Positions 44,460 through 57,060 of a DNA stretch of 64,000 nucleotides are shown one piece after another; within the stretch, counting starts at the first letter, position 1, and each line of letters begins with the position of its first letter. Origin of the DNA: Selaginella moellendorffii (lineage: Eukaryota; Plantae; Lycopodiophyta). The stretch spans positions 328,418 through 392,417 of the forward strand of contig NW_003314313.1 of assembly GCF_000143415.4 (NCBI RefSeq). Reading direction: 5' to 3'. The position numbers and the translations under genes are program-made. The notes under the pieces are model-generated. The model was not told where the DNA came from. It ran no database searches and saw nothing but the letters and a program-made list of their open reading frames with translations.

Positions 44460-47400
44460 TTCCCAAGATATAGGAATAGGCATATTAATTGGGGTTTAGA
44501 CTCTTACAAGAATGAATGGACCAGATTCAATCCTAAATGAATGGTTCATATGCTATAGTATTATAATTAAGGGTAATACATAGATATACATATATATATA
44601 TTTATAAACTTTACACTATCCTCCCCTCCAAAAGATAAAAAAGGTGATGGCAATAAGTCAGGTGGAACATCTGGAGCTTCTATTGGACGATTATAAATTA
44701 TCACAAGAATCTAAAACTCCCATAAAACCACCAACAAAGTTGCTAACAACCATGATTGAAACAAAACCCAAAGCTAAGGTATAAGTATCAGTCATTTATA
44801 AAATCCTAATGAACCAATTGTAATTTCGTGTATAGATGCCAAATGCTTAAACTAATCTTAAACCATAATTTTGAACCAAAGCAAAGAACTTCAAAAACCA
44901 TTGTAATCCATGAAATGCCATTGCAATAAATAATACATCCCATATTTAAGTTTACCCGTTGATAATTCTTTGAGACTGTTGTTAACTCAAACTTACGACC
45001 ATATGTAGAACTTGTCTCTTCATCTTTGTTTAGCATTGCATATGGAAAATTGAACTCACTCCATTTACCCTTCATATCTTCCTTATCCCTTCAAAGGAAA
45101 AAACATTTGGAAGCACCAACTCCATTTAGACTTGCTATACTTCTCCTCACTCTACCATTTATATTTGGTGTAGCGCATGTGATTATGGGATGAGATTTGG
45201 ATATACTATCACTGTGGATCCTTGGAACCTTGGGGGATAAATGGGGATAAAATAGCCACTAAGGGCTCTCTCATCAAACAATTGCCCCTTTTTCAGTTGG
45301 CTTAAGGGGAGAGAGATAAGGTGCGCTACAGTTGGTATCAGAGCAAATGGCACGGGTTCGATTCCCATTGATTAGTGGCTACTTAAAATATAATATACCC
45401 TTGAGCAAGGTATATTCCTACCCCTAAATTTGAAAATCGTATGTATTAGGCATCCATGCGTACGTCTTTCCTCTTGAGGAGTATCCCAGACGAAGGTATC
45501 CACCGTGGGACTACGGTACGGGTGGATGACTAGTTGCCTCACATGGAATAGCTGGTCTACACAATGGAAGGATTGGTAGATTGAGTGCGAAAATGAAGGT
45601 AATGGAAGGATTGGTAGATTGAGTGCGAAAATGGAGGTACTGGTTCCCCTTGGCTCAGTAGGGGTTGTTAGTCAGTAGTCAATGAGGACATTGACATCTC
45701 TGAAGCTGGTCTACACAATGGAAGGATCTCTCATCAAGCAATTGCCCCTTTTCCAGTTGACTTAAAGGATGAGATTTGGATATACTGTCACCGTGGATCC
45801 TTGGAACCTTGGGGGATAAATGGGGATAAAATAGCCACTAAGGGTTCTCTCATCAAGCAATTGCCCCTTTTCCAGTTGGCTTAAGGGGAGAGAGATAAGG
45901 TGCGTTACATTTGGGCTCACTCCATTATTGCATCTGTTAGGTTTCATGTTAGGCTAGATATTTTGTTCAAACTCACTATGCTCATCCTCACTCTACAATC
46001 CATATCATTTGTCCTCGTCCTCACTCTATCATCAGGGCTGAACTCCCATCCATCCCCTCTACCCCCTCCTTCAAAGAAAAAAAAGGTTGAAATGTCGAAG
46101 CAAAAAGGAGAAAATGAGAAAAATTGAGGAAAAAAAATTGTGAAAGAAGAAAAAGTGGATAAAGAAATATCAGAAGAGGAATTTGCAATAGCTGACAATG
46201 CAAAAATGGGAAAATCAAAAGAAGGATATGAGCTCAAAACTTGGAAAATAAAAGATTTTTTATTATAAAATACTTTGGCCACCATAATATAAACAAAATA
46301 TTCACACTGCTCAACTTCCTCAACACACAATTCAACACTTAAGACGGGAAAATCATAATAACGTCCACACTCAAGAGAAATATAAATTCCTTGGCAATAA
46401 TGATAAAACAAAGGCTCTCAGTGGCATTCATAAGTAGAGATATGCACTCAACCTGAAATTATAGCTAAAGTGACTGAACCATTGGAATAAAGGAATATTC
46501 AACACTAAAACTAATCAAAGACTTTACTAACGAAACAAAAACAAAATTCTTAACTTTATGCATATACTCAATATTTAGATTAATATTAAAATGATAGAAA
46601 AACACTTAACTCAACATTGGATTGAGAATGAGAATCATAAGAGTCAAAAATGATTAATGTGTCAAGAGAATGAAATATTACAAACAAAGAAGGAACACTA
46701 AGAACATAAGAAAGTGGTTTAGACCGAGAAATAAGAAAAGGTTGGGAAAGAGTAAAAAGTAAAGAGAAAAGAACAAATGGTAAATTGAAGGATTGACATC
46801 TACCCTGTAAAATCTCCATTTGATCTTTAAGTTATCTCCATAATAATCAAGTTCATTATCACACTTTGAAATCCACTCAAGCTCATACACATTATCTTCC
46901 TATAAACTTGATCTTGAATATTCTTTTAAGAATCAGATTGCATTATCCATACCTTGCTAATCAATGTCACAATCATGCTCCATATCAATGAAAGATGGTA
47001 GAACATTGAGAATAAAATAAGTTGTATAATCAAGTCCTATGGAAGTTGAAAACAGTAATACACCAAAGATAGGTGTAACACTAATATCATCACACCCCAC
47101 AACACCAAAAGTTTGATCTAATAGAGTAATATTAACAACCTTAAGTAACATACTCCTTAATCAATGACAACATGGCATAGTAGAAAAATACAAATGCAAT
47201 GAATATCAAAAGAAGAGTAGATCTAAGTATAACAATAACTAGAATTCTAGATTTTGCAAAAAGATAATACAAATCTAGATTTAAAAGAAAATGAAGAAAT
47301 ATGAATAAAAAACACAATCCTAAACACTAAAGCAAAGCATTACCTCTTCAGGGACAAATTGCAATGCCCCTCATCCCCACCAATATAAGTGCTTGAGAAA

Positions 47401-47557
47401 TAAGTATACTAATTGGGGCTTAGAATTTTTTTTATATACAAGAATGGATGGACTAGATTCAATCTCAAATGGATTGTCCATATACTATAATATTATAATT
47501 AGTGTATTATTGAGCAATACATATATATACATGTATGTATTTACAAACATTACACTA
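44460..47557 (-). mobile_element. Old, heavily decayed LTR retrotransposon (boundaries approximate)
   Basis: Diverged ~150-bp direct repeats at ~44460-44618 and ~47384-47557. Pyrimidine tract TCCTCCCCT next to the left copy and CACCA next to the right copy. No intact ORF. Confidence 0.55.
45169..45909 (+). mobile_element. Second TRIM family, 741 bp, with rearranged 3' LTR
   Basis: 5' LTR at 45169-45330 (TGTAGCG...CGCTACA), PBS TGGTATCAGAGC at 45333-45344, 3' LTR at ~45768-45909 lacking its first ~20 bp, TSD TTTGG. Confidence 0.9.
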
Positions 47558-47789
47558 GAATATTTAAGCAGGCATTCAAGAAATTATTCTTTATGCTCTT
47601 TTGTGAGACAGAGCATCTATGACAATAAAAAAAGCCGTCACTATGTGGTTGATAGGACCAAATGTAAACAAATTACAAATTGTTTTTGACAATCTATTGA
47701 TGCAAAAAATGCAACAAATTAAAGACACTAGAGTGATCTTTCCCTGTGTGTTATTTCTTTTGAAGAGTTTTTTGACCAAATTTGGCAAC

Positions 47790-50570
47790 ACTGCATAATC
47801 CAATCTCATTCATCTCAAGAGCAACCTTATCGTGTTGTTTCTGTGTGAAAGTACTTACATGAACATGCTAGCTTCCAGGTACACTGGGAAGCTTGGAGCT
47901 ACTTTGCTCGTTCAAGATGGTTCCCAGGCATATCCTACATACATACCATTCACAATATGTAAGAAGCTGTTGAGATATTGTTCTCCAGGCATACACTGTG
48001 GAACCTGAGTTTTCTGTGAAAATTCATTATACACTTCACGTATACTTCTTGTCAAGTTATTACGCTAAAAGTTGGAGTGGAGCTCTAGATCCACTGCTGC
48101 TAGTAAAACCTGATACAACTCAACAGAAATATCAGAAAAAGAAAAAAATATAAAGCAAGCATACTTGGTTTAACATGTCTATAGCTCTCAGTGTTCTAGA
48201 TGATTTTATATTTTGAAACAGCGATTCAAGAAGTAGCTCGCCTGTTTTGTAATGCTTGGCAAAGCTTGATAGTGTGTCCCTGCAATGGAAATTTATTATA
48301 TAACCCTTCTAAATTAGCACCAGTTCTCCATGAATTGCGAGGGGAGATCTACCGCATCTCGTTCTACATTTTGCATACCTGAAACGAATATCACGTCTTG
48401 CGTCGTGAGCATGTGTTGCAAAGCGTGGCCAAACTCGTGAAACAGTGTTTTCATCTATACAACCATGAAATCAAATCAATGGCTATAAAATGACTATAAA
48501 ATGTAATATATACCTCGTCAAATGTCATCAAGCTTGGGTTGTCTCCGAGAGGCGGCGTCTGATTGCAAAAGATGATACAAGCTGGGAGTCGGATGTCACA
48601 ACCCTCTGGTGCAAGAGCTCGACTTCTCTTTGGCACACACCACCTCTTTTCTCCGGCGGCCTTGAGTATGGATCTATGTAAAAGTAGACAAGCGTTTCTT
48701 TTGTATCCATATCTTTCACTCTGAAAAACCTCACGTCGCCGTGCCAAATCTACGGAGAAGACACACAACTCCTCTTGAAGTGCACGAAAGTTAAAACACT
48801 TACGTGCCACGAGGTTGTCTGCAGCATCAATCTCTATTGAAAAGAGTCTTTTTGCAAGCAAGAACAAGCCTTCCAATACCTGAGGGAATGCAAAGAATGG
48901 CCTGAACTCTTCCTGCAAATAATTCATGAATTCGTGGACAGTTAATTGTAAACGCTCATGTCAAGCTTCTCGTAGCCTTTCCATCCAGTATGGAAGTTCC
49001 CAAGGCATGAGATCATAATTCTCACCATTGGACGCTGCGAGAGCCTTCAAAGCCTCCAGTTCTGGAACATTCATGGAGTAAAGTTTCATATCATCCCAAA
49101 AAAACTAAACGTTTCCAAAACTTTTACCTTGCAAAGCGTGATCCCATGTACCACTTCGAAGGTTTTCTAGCATTTTCAAAAGCATACTAACCTGGAAGAG
49201 AATCATAAGACCAAAAGAAGAACAAGGAAAGCTTGAATCACCTCGGCATAGTTCTTGTAACCAAGAAGTTTGGCTTTCAAATTTCGGAGTTCTAAGATCC
49301 GTGTCAAGATAGGAGTGTTGTTGAACTCCCCCGAAGAAGCTTTGTTTCTGTAAGCCACATACAACTCCTCTCGGGCTTTCCTGTTTTTCAGATGCTTCAT
49401 CACTCAGAAATAACTAGATTTATCGGTCTTGAACAGCCAAGGCCCAAGCTCTGGAGTTGCAGCTTCATAGCCCTGAGAAACAAAAAAATATGTGAGCTTT
49501 TATATTGGGTTTAGAAGTAACCACCTCTGAAGCTGCTGCTTTTGCTGCAAGTGCCAGAGATGTTGCTGGCAATCCCTCAACTTCTTCCACACTAGTAACT
49601 AGTTTGCCATATTTTCTAACGGAATCGAGGATATTGCCACTGAATTTTCTAGTCAGCTCCATTAGTTCCTGGATGTAGTATTATAGAAAAAAACATGATC
49701 AATGCAAAGAATACCTTTTCATACTGGTTGAAGAGCTTCTTTTGTCCATCTACCCCACTTACAATTGCCTTCTTAACGTAGCTTTCCACAGTTCTTTTCT
49801 GTGCGTCATTGAAATCCTGGAAGCTCGGGCCTTCTCGAGGTGCCTTGAAGTTCTGAAAGAGAGGCTTGCTTTGGACAAGCTTGAGATCTAAATCTTTTCA
49901 TTGTGCCTAGAAGAAACAGATTTTGGTGTCTCTCGCACAAAAATTACAATCTCTAGAGATACCTCGATTTCCTACAAAAGAACCTTAGTTACTCAAGTAA
50001 AAATCAGTAACATTTTATTGACATTTCAAACACCAATCCAGAGTAAGTTACAAAAAAATGTGATAATATACAAAGCTAAAAGCTAATGAGTTAGTGTTTT
50101 CATCATATAGAAAGATAATTCTAAAAAGTAAAAGTAGCCTATGTAAAATAAAAAAGAAATCAAATGTCACCTACTGCAACCCAAAGCTCCTTTGAGTCTT
50201 TCATGTGCTGAAGATGGTTGACAACGCTGCAGCTGACAGTCAGTGTGTCCATGATCCGCTCCAAAGGAATAGCGAGAGAGTCCCATGAATGCTCATTGCA
50301 TGCTTCTAGAGCTACCAGCTCTAAGTAAGAAAAGGAAATACCAGTTGCTGGAATAGCTGTGGAAACGCAGGAAGTATACGCGCAAGCTCTAGTGGCAGCT
50401 TGGATCCAGGAACGCGTACAAACTCCCATCTTTCCTCGTCCAAAATAAAAGCGCCGTGACAAATATGGCTAGCAAGGAGCCTCTTTATGTCATCTCGAGA
50501 GAATGCGGGAGATTGAGCAAAATGACCAAACCATAGAGCGCTTGGTGATGAAGGCTTGGCTTGCAATCGC
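47790..50570 (-). pseudogene. Oligopeptidase A / thimet oligopeptidase (peptidase M3A) pseudogene
   Basis: DPYSRPPEKRGG, CNQTPP..D.PSLMTFDEV and [15 protein letters not shown] (HEFGH at 48425-48439). Premature stops at 49404-49406 and 48314-48316. AVELPSQ changed to AVDLPSQ. 3' part missing. Confidence 0.85.
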
Positions 50571-50761
50571 TCATCTTCTCAATTTCACAAATTCGTTTGT
50601 AACATGGCTAATACGTGGGAGTCGTCGTCCTCGAGTGAAAACTTCTCAATGGTGAGCTTTCGAGTTTTCCTTGTTTCAAGGACGAGCCCACCATCTCAGA
50701 AACCATCAAATAAAAGAAACAATACTTTATTGACGAACCAAAATTGTTTTCTCCATACCTA

Positions 50762-53700
50762 TCAGAAACCAGCAGGGAAGTTGTGCACTTGGCCCTGCTC
50801 CAGGACGTCCTGGCCATCCACTTTGTAGCTGATTCGTATTCTCATGGCCAAAGGTTTCTGTCACAGCCAAATTCATCACAAATCTCTACAGAAGATTACG
50901 AAGCAAACCTGTCCAAGCATGCTGTTCTCGACTCTTATTGTTTGAGTGATTCTCTCTCCACCCTTAGGTTCAAGCTCGCTGTTGCTTGCAGGCTCCAGCC
51001 GGAGATGCAGGTACTAACAAAGCCAACACAAAAAGGAAAGATTGTTGGCTTGTCACAATCCGAATTCCTGCTCACCTTTGGAACCGCTGCCTGGAAAACA
51101 AAGTCCGTGTATGTCTTTCCAGAAGCATTCGCGTAAGATGCCAAAATCAGGGTCAACTGGGGGTTCTCAGGGACTTTTTTGAACTCGAAAGTTACGCTCA
51201 AGGCCTCACTTTGATAAGCAAGGATGGTCGGATACATAGGAGCTGCAAACACACACAAACGTGGTGTTAATACATACATAATCAAACAGCAATTGATTAG
51301 TTACCACCATTACTGTCTCCAAGGTCCCCAAGAAGGTCCATATCCATACCAGTGGGTTTCCTTGCTTCGACAAACGACTGCTTAATCGGTTGAGAGAGCG
51401 AATCCAGGCCACTGCTTGCGATCACAGGTTGTCGTGAAGAAGAGCCGACGGATAAAAGATCCATCAGCACATCCGAGCCACCTCCTGAAGTTTGTTCTGC
51501 GTTTTCAAAATTGTCAGATGCTACTAACATATTATGTAGTAAGTCTGACCTTGAGGTGCAGAGGGTGCGCTTGGATTAGCTCCCAATAAATCCAAGAGTA
51601 CATCACCAGCTGATTTCCGCTGGACTGGAGGAGCTGGAGTGTCGTCCACGTTGAGGTCTAACAGATCTGTCAGGATTGGTTGTGAGCCTGGTCCATTAGA
51701 TGTGGACACTGGACCAGTTTCGTGTATTGATGCTCTTCCATTTGCAAGCGATACTCCGGCTGCATCGGCTCGCTTGGTACTGTAGGCGGTTGCATCCAAT
51801 GCTGGCATTTTCTCGAGTAACGCCCCTCTGCAAATCGGTAGAAACCACCCGTAAGTCTACCAAACGCATGGCTGCTGTTGCACTCACTTTATGTTTTGAT
51901 GCTTGCTGAGGATGGACGTGAATTCAATGGCTCGCTGTTGGAGCTCAAGTATTAAGTTTCCTTTATATTGCATCATCACCTCCTTGATCCGGCTGCAAAG
52001 AAATAATTGAGCTTACAAACTGAAATCAAAGGTGCTTACTCTGCACATGAGGGAAAACGAGAAGAAAGTTTTAGCATTGCTGTAAGTGCGAAGGCCCGCG
52101 TACTGGAGCTCACTCGGAAATCTTTCAAAACATTTTCCAGCACGTCCACAGCATCCGACTCCGTAACCTGAGAGTCAGTGTCTTCACTTTATGTCACATC
52201 CAGTAATCCAGCTTACCGTGATTGGTTCTTCTCCCTCCAGCTCATTCGCATTGTTGACGAGCATTTCACCATACTCTCCAATACACCAAAGAACAACTTG
52301 AGCAAAGCTTTCCTGACCACCATATAGTCAGAGGCTTAATAACATAATCTCAAAACCACAGAATACCTGACCGTCCCAATGAGCAAATGCCCGGTACAAC
52401 GCACGAACAGTATAACCGTGCAGATCAGGAGCATTGCTCACGACTAATAGAAGTGCTCGAATAACTTCGTCTTTCACAAATTTTCCCGCCTGACAAAAAA
52501 AACACTAACTTCAAAATTTAGACAAAATAACGTATTTTACCTCAACCATGACGTTGATCATCTGGTCAATGTACCACACTTTGCTTGGAGAGAACCTGTA
52601 AGTGGGAAATCAGCAGGCGACAAAAGAGATTTTCGGTGTAGTGTACTTTTGAACTAGAGAGCAAATTTTCCCAGTAAGATCGGCTTTGAATTCTGGATCG
52701 CTAACTTTTAGATATTCCAGCAGTTCCTTCGTCAGCGTCTTGACGTTGGTTTCGTTGACCAGCGCGTACACCAGATCAAGAGCCCGCCTTCTGATTGAAA
52801 CGTCTGAGTCCTATACACGATTGCTCGTTTTAGTATATCCAAAATAGACAGCATTTACCTTCACACACTCTACTATGGTTGTACGATGTCTCTGCACAGC
52901 CTGCGTATCCACCGAGACTACCTTCACCAACGTATTAAGTGCAACATATCTGCACGCAAAACAAGAGATCTGGAGGTCCAGTATAAAGAGAAATCAACCT
53001 GGCGCACAAGATAACGTACCTAATATTGTTGTCACGGTTCGCGAGAAATCTTCCAAGAATGTTGATAGCAAGAACACGGAGACCGCCAATGGCCTCTATA
53101 CCCATAATCGTCTGCACACATTCGTACAAGATTGCGTTCCCAGCATTCTTGTTGGACTCTGTATTAGTTGCCACCTGCCAGCCAAAAATGAGATTCTACT
53201 CGGGACTGGTATGAGAAGATACCTGAGCAAGAATATCGCTCATAACGTCGCTGGACTCGGAATCTCCATTCCCAAGGAGTCGAAGTAAACGCAAAACTCG
53301 TATTTGCAAAAAGGGATCTGTGATGCCTCCAACATCGTATTCCGGAGCGTAGCCACTCACAACCAGGTTTTTCAAGACGCGTACTAGTGTCATGGTATGC
53401 TGCAAGGGCGGCACTTTCAAAACTTCCGGATGAGAAAAGCCAAAACGTTACCTTTCTGAAATGTTCCAAAGCTTCCACACTCCCCTCGCACAATTCGGTA
53501 CAAAGCTTTACAGCACCGAGAAGGACACCGTGATGCTTGTCATTCAGCAAGCTCGTACAAGGATTGAGAAAATTCTCAATAAGATCTGGGACCTTACGCA
53601 CGATCCGGACCGAACACAGAGCTGCCTGCATTGCTTAAGAATCAAAAGCCTGCCTTTCGATTTCATAAACTTCTTTCTCTTACCTTTTTGCGTATGTAGG

Positions 53701-54270
53701 AGTTGCTGTTTTGAAGTAGCTTCTCCACCTCGGGTGCCAGATCCCGAGCCATCTCCGCTGTGCAGACGTTCCCCAGCGCACAAAGTGCCAATCCAGAAAT
53801 AAACTGGTTGGAATGATTCAAGTCACTGCCGACGAAAGGAAAGAAGCCAAAGTCAGCATCTGGGAATGGATCCACAAGCTTACTTCTTGAGCGAGTTCGT
53901 CACCAGCATCAAAACCTCTTGTTTCTCATCCAGAAGAAGCATCAAGCCGAGGTAGCCGATGCGCTTCTCTGGAAATCCAGGAGAGGCAATGAGCTTCAAG
54001 CACTCCATCTGGCCAAAGTGCGTGGGATAGCCGAGCATATGGATAAACATAAGCTTGGCCACATTGCGATGTCTGTAGTCATGATCGTCCTCCTTAAACG
54101 CAGTGCGCAAATTCGCGCATTCTCTGGCAATCACGGCGCGCTCCTCGGCGGCGGTCTTACAAGCACGGACTGCCCGAATCATGTCCCTGGCGATAGAAAA
54201 CGAGCACGAGTGAGGACGATTACCCTAAGCTCGAGACAACGAATCGAACAAACCGGAGCCTAGATCCCAT
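50762..54270 (-). CDS. AP1G: AP-1 complex gamma subunit (gamma-adaptin), multi-exon
   Basis: [51 protein letters not shown] and ear domain [10 protein letters not shown]...[12 protein letters not shown]. Confidence 0.96.
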
Positions 54271-54535
54271 CCTGGAGGCCGCAGTGTGGATCTCAGCTAG
54301 TCGGCGCCTTGCTCCGCTTGGCCGCGGCGATCGACGAGGAGGGAGATCACGGGCGCCCTACGTCCCTGTCCATGACGCTTGAAGAACAGAGAATTAGGGC
54401 TCAACAGAGAAAAGAGAAATATATTTTAAAGAGAAAGAAAATGCGCGAGAACGCAAGCAATGGAGCTGGATCACGAGCGAATCCATGGCCACAGTCGCTA
54501 GAACTGTGTAAGAATGGTGAGATTTCTTCCCCTTG

Positions 54536-55156
54536 TCATGGTAGAAAGGGGTGATTGGCTCTTGCGGCCTCGCATTCTCTCAGGTATTTCCTGACAACTC
54601 CATAGATTTTAGCTACAAAAGGAAAGAGAGATTCTGATTTGCAAAGACCTGGACGCCACGAATGCTCCATACGAGACAGTGCCAATCACCATGGTGATGT
54701 ATGGAAGCCCTCGCAAAATTCTTTGCTTCCGGCTCATGATCGTGGCTCTGGTGGCGTGCGCGGATCTCCTGCCGCGGGAAATCGATGAGAAAAAGCTCGA
54801 ATCGATGAGAAGAGAGGAGATTGATTACCCGGCGCTGCTGCCTGTGCCATTGAGGAGAAGAAATCTATACGCTTCGGTCACCTAGGTGAAAATCGAGTGA
54901 AATTTGGGGGATTTCCTTCGATCAATCAGACCCTACCGATTTGAACTGAGCTTCCGCGGCCGATTTCCGCGACGCATCGACGCGATCGGGGTGGAATTCC
55001 ATGGCCTTGCTCCGGTAAGCGGCTTTCACCTGGTAGAGAAGAAATTCTAGCGAGCAAGGGAAGGAATTTCTTGGCAGAGTATGAGAGTGAGACCTCGGCG
55101 GCGGTAGCATCGCCATCGCCCAGGCCCAGGAGCTGGCGAGCCGCGCTGAAATTCAT
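54536..55156 (-). CDS. Small J-domain protein with C-terminal TM helix (DnaJ/DjC72-like), 5 exons
   Basis: Exons 55156-55094, 55029-54937, 54881-54829, 54768-~54650 and 54590-54536 splice in frame. HPD motif and C-terminus ...HPFLP*. Confidence 0.88.
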
Positions 55157-56583
55157 GGAGCTCCCCTGTTCCAGGGCAAACAAGCCCTAGGTAGCAAACG
55201 TCCCTAATTGTCTATCCGGGCCTGTTCTCCACAAGCCGCGTTGCGAGAGGATTTGGCCACCAGCTGAAAACTTTCAGGCAAATCGGGGAATCCCGTGCTC
55301 GATCCATGAAAAAGGTTGTACTTCTAGTTGTATTTATTGGCACGCAAAGTGGGATGGAAATGGTGTATAATTAAGGCATTAATATTACTAACATTTATAT
55401 TAGTGGAATTGACATTGTTACCAAAAAAAAATCATTAAAGTTGTGAGTGCATGGAATATAGAAAAAGAATATAAAACATCTGTATATCAATTAACTTAAA
55501 AACTTTAACTTATATATAAGAGGTGTAGTTTGAAACTAATCCAATGGCTATTAAAATTTCAGTATGCTAATATTAGTATATTGTAAGCGACTAAATTTTC
55601 CATTCTACTTTAGTCACTTAACCACACCTCCGACCACTTGGAGGAGTCTCATTCACAACCTCCATAAGTCCAATCCAGGACTTGGGACTTGCTAGCCCCG
55701 AGAATGGCATCCATGCCACTCAACACAAGCAACTGGTCCAAGTGCTCCACGTGTCCGATCCCATGACCGACACTCAAAGGTACCACCGACATAGCAGCCC
55801 GTTACGCTAAGGCCATGCCCAATCACCTTTGCCACACTGGTAGTCCAATACCACTTGCATCACAGTCTTGGCTCCCCAAGACTAGGCAAACCATCCGTGA
55901 GTGGTCATCTCAGATCCACTCCTTAGCATCCTTAGGATGCCCACCGACAAGGGGAATAGCCTTCCCCAATATCCCTCTGTCAGTCCCCACTAAGTCCCTT
56001 TCTGCCCCTGGCCATGTTTGCCAACACTGCCACTGGACCGAGACCCACAGGCCCGACCACTAAGTCCCACGGTCCTCTGGGACTTCCTCACCACACGACT
56101 GTGTCCTTGGTCACTACCCCAGAGGACTGCTCCTCTTCCTTTCCACAGTCTGGGCCTTTGGGACAACATTTCGGAACACCGTGGCCTTACGCGAGCCACC
56201 TGGGTACTCTCCTCGCCTTCTACCCTTGGGTGCTCTAGCCATAGGCTTAGAGCGGGTTCCGTTGAGCCACACCAGGTATCCAAGTAGGTAGTGCCACCCA
56301 CACTTGGACTGGGAGCATCGGCCAGTCGATCTCCCGGGGGAACTAGAGCCGGCTCTTGAACACTTCACCAAGCTACCCCGCTTGTCGGTCTGTGTTCACT
56401 CTAGTCTTGGACTTCCCAGTGGGCAGCTCATCACCCAACACTGGGTCCGGCCTTCCTGGGCCAAACTGGCCTTTCCTGGCCAAACTGGCTCCACTGCAGT
56501 GCTCCCCCTACTATACTTTTGGAGCTCACCAAACCCCCCAGGGTCTGGGAGACGAACGCTTTGGGCTTTCACCCTCTCAGGCT

Positions 56584-57060
56584 CCGGACTCGGACTCGGA
56601 CTCGGACTCGGACTCGGACTCGGACTCGGATTCGGACTCGGACTCGGGCTCGGGCTCGGGCTCGGTCTCGGCCTCGGCCTCGGTCTCGGTCCCGATCTCG
56701 GTCTCGGTCTCCGTCTCGGTCCCGGTCTCGGTCCCGGTCTCGGTCTCGACTTCGGACTCCATCTCGGACTCCATCTCGGACTCCATCTCGGACTCCATCT
56801 CGGGTCCATCTCGGGTCCATCTCGGACTCCATCTCGGACTCCATCTCGGACTCCATCTCGGACTCCATCTCGGGTCCATCTCGGACTCCATCTCGGACTC
56901 CATTTCGGGTCCATCTCGGGTCCACCTCGGACTCCATCTCGGACTCCATCTCGGACTCCATCTCGGGTCCATCTCGGACTCCACTTCGGACTCCAACTCG
57001 GGTCCATCTCGGGTCCACCTCGGACTCCATCTCGGACTCCAACTCGAGTCCATCTCGGAC
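56584..57060. repeat. Tandem array within LTR: (GGACTC)n, (GGTCTC)n, then (GGACTCCATCTC)n
   Basis: Directly visible 6-bp and 12-bp periodicity. Confidence 0.95.

Noticed and set aside
48314-49406. Rescue of premature stops by RNA editing
   Set aside because: PPR-mediated editing acts on organellar transcripts, whereas these are nuclear intron-containing sequences.
18547-54270. SEC31 and gamma-adaptin as a vesicle-trafficking cluster
   Set aside because: They are about 28 kb apart, separated by unrelated genes and transposons, so the proximity is probably chance.
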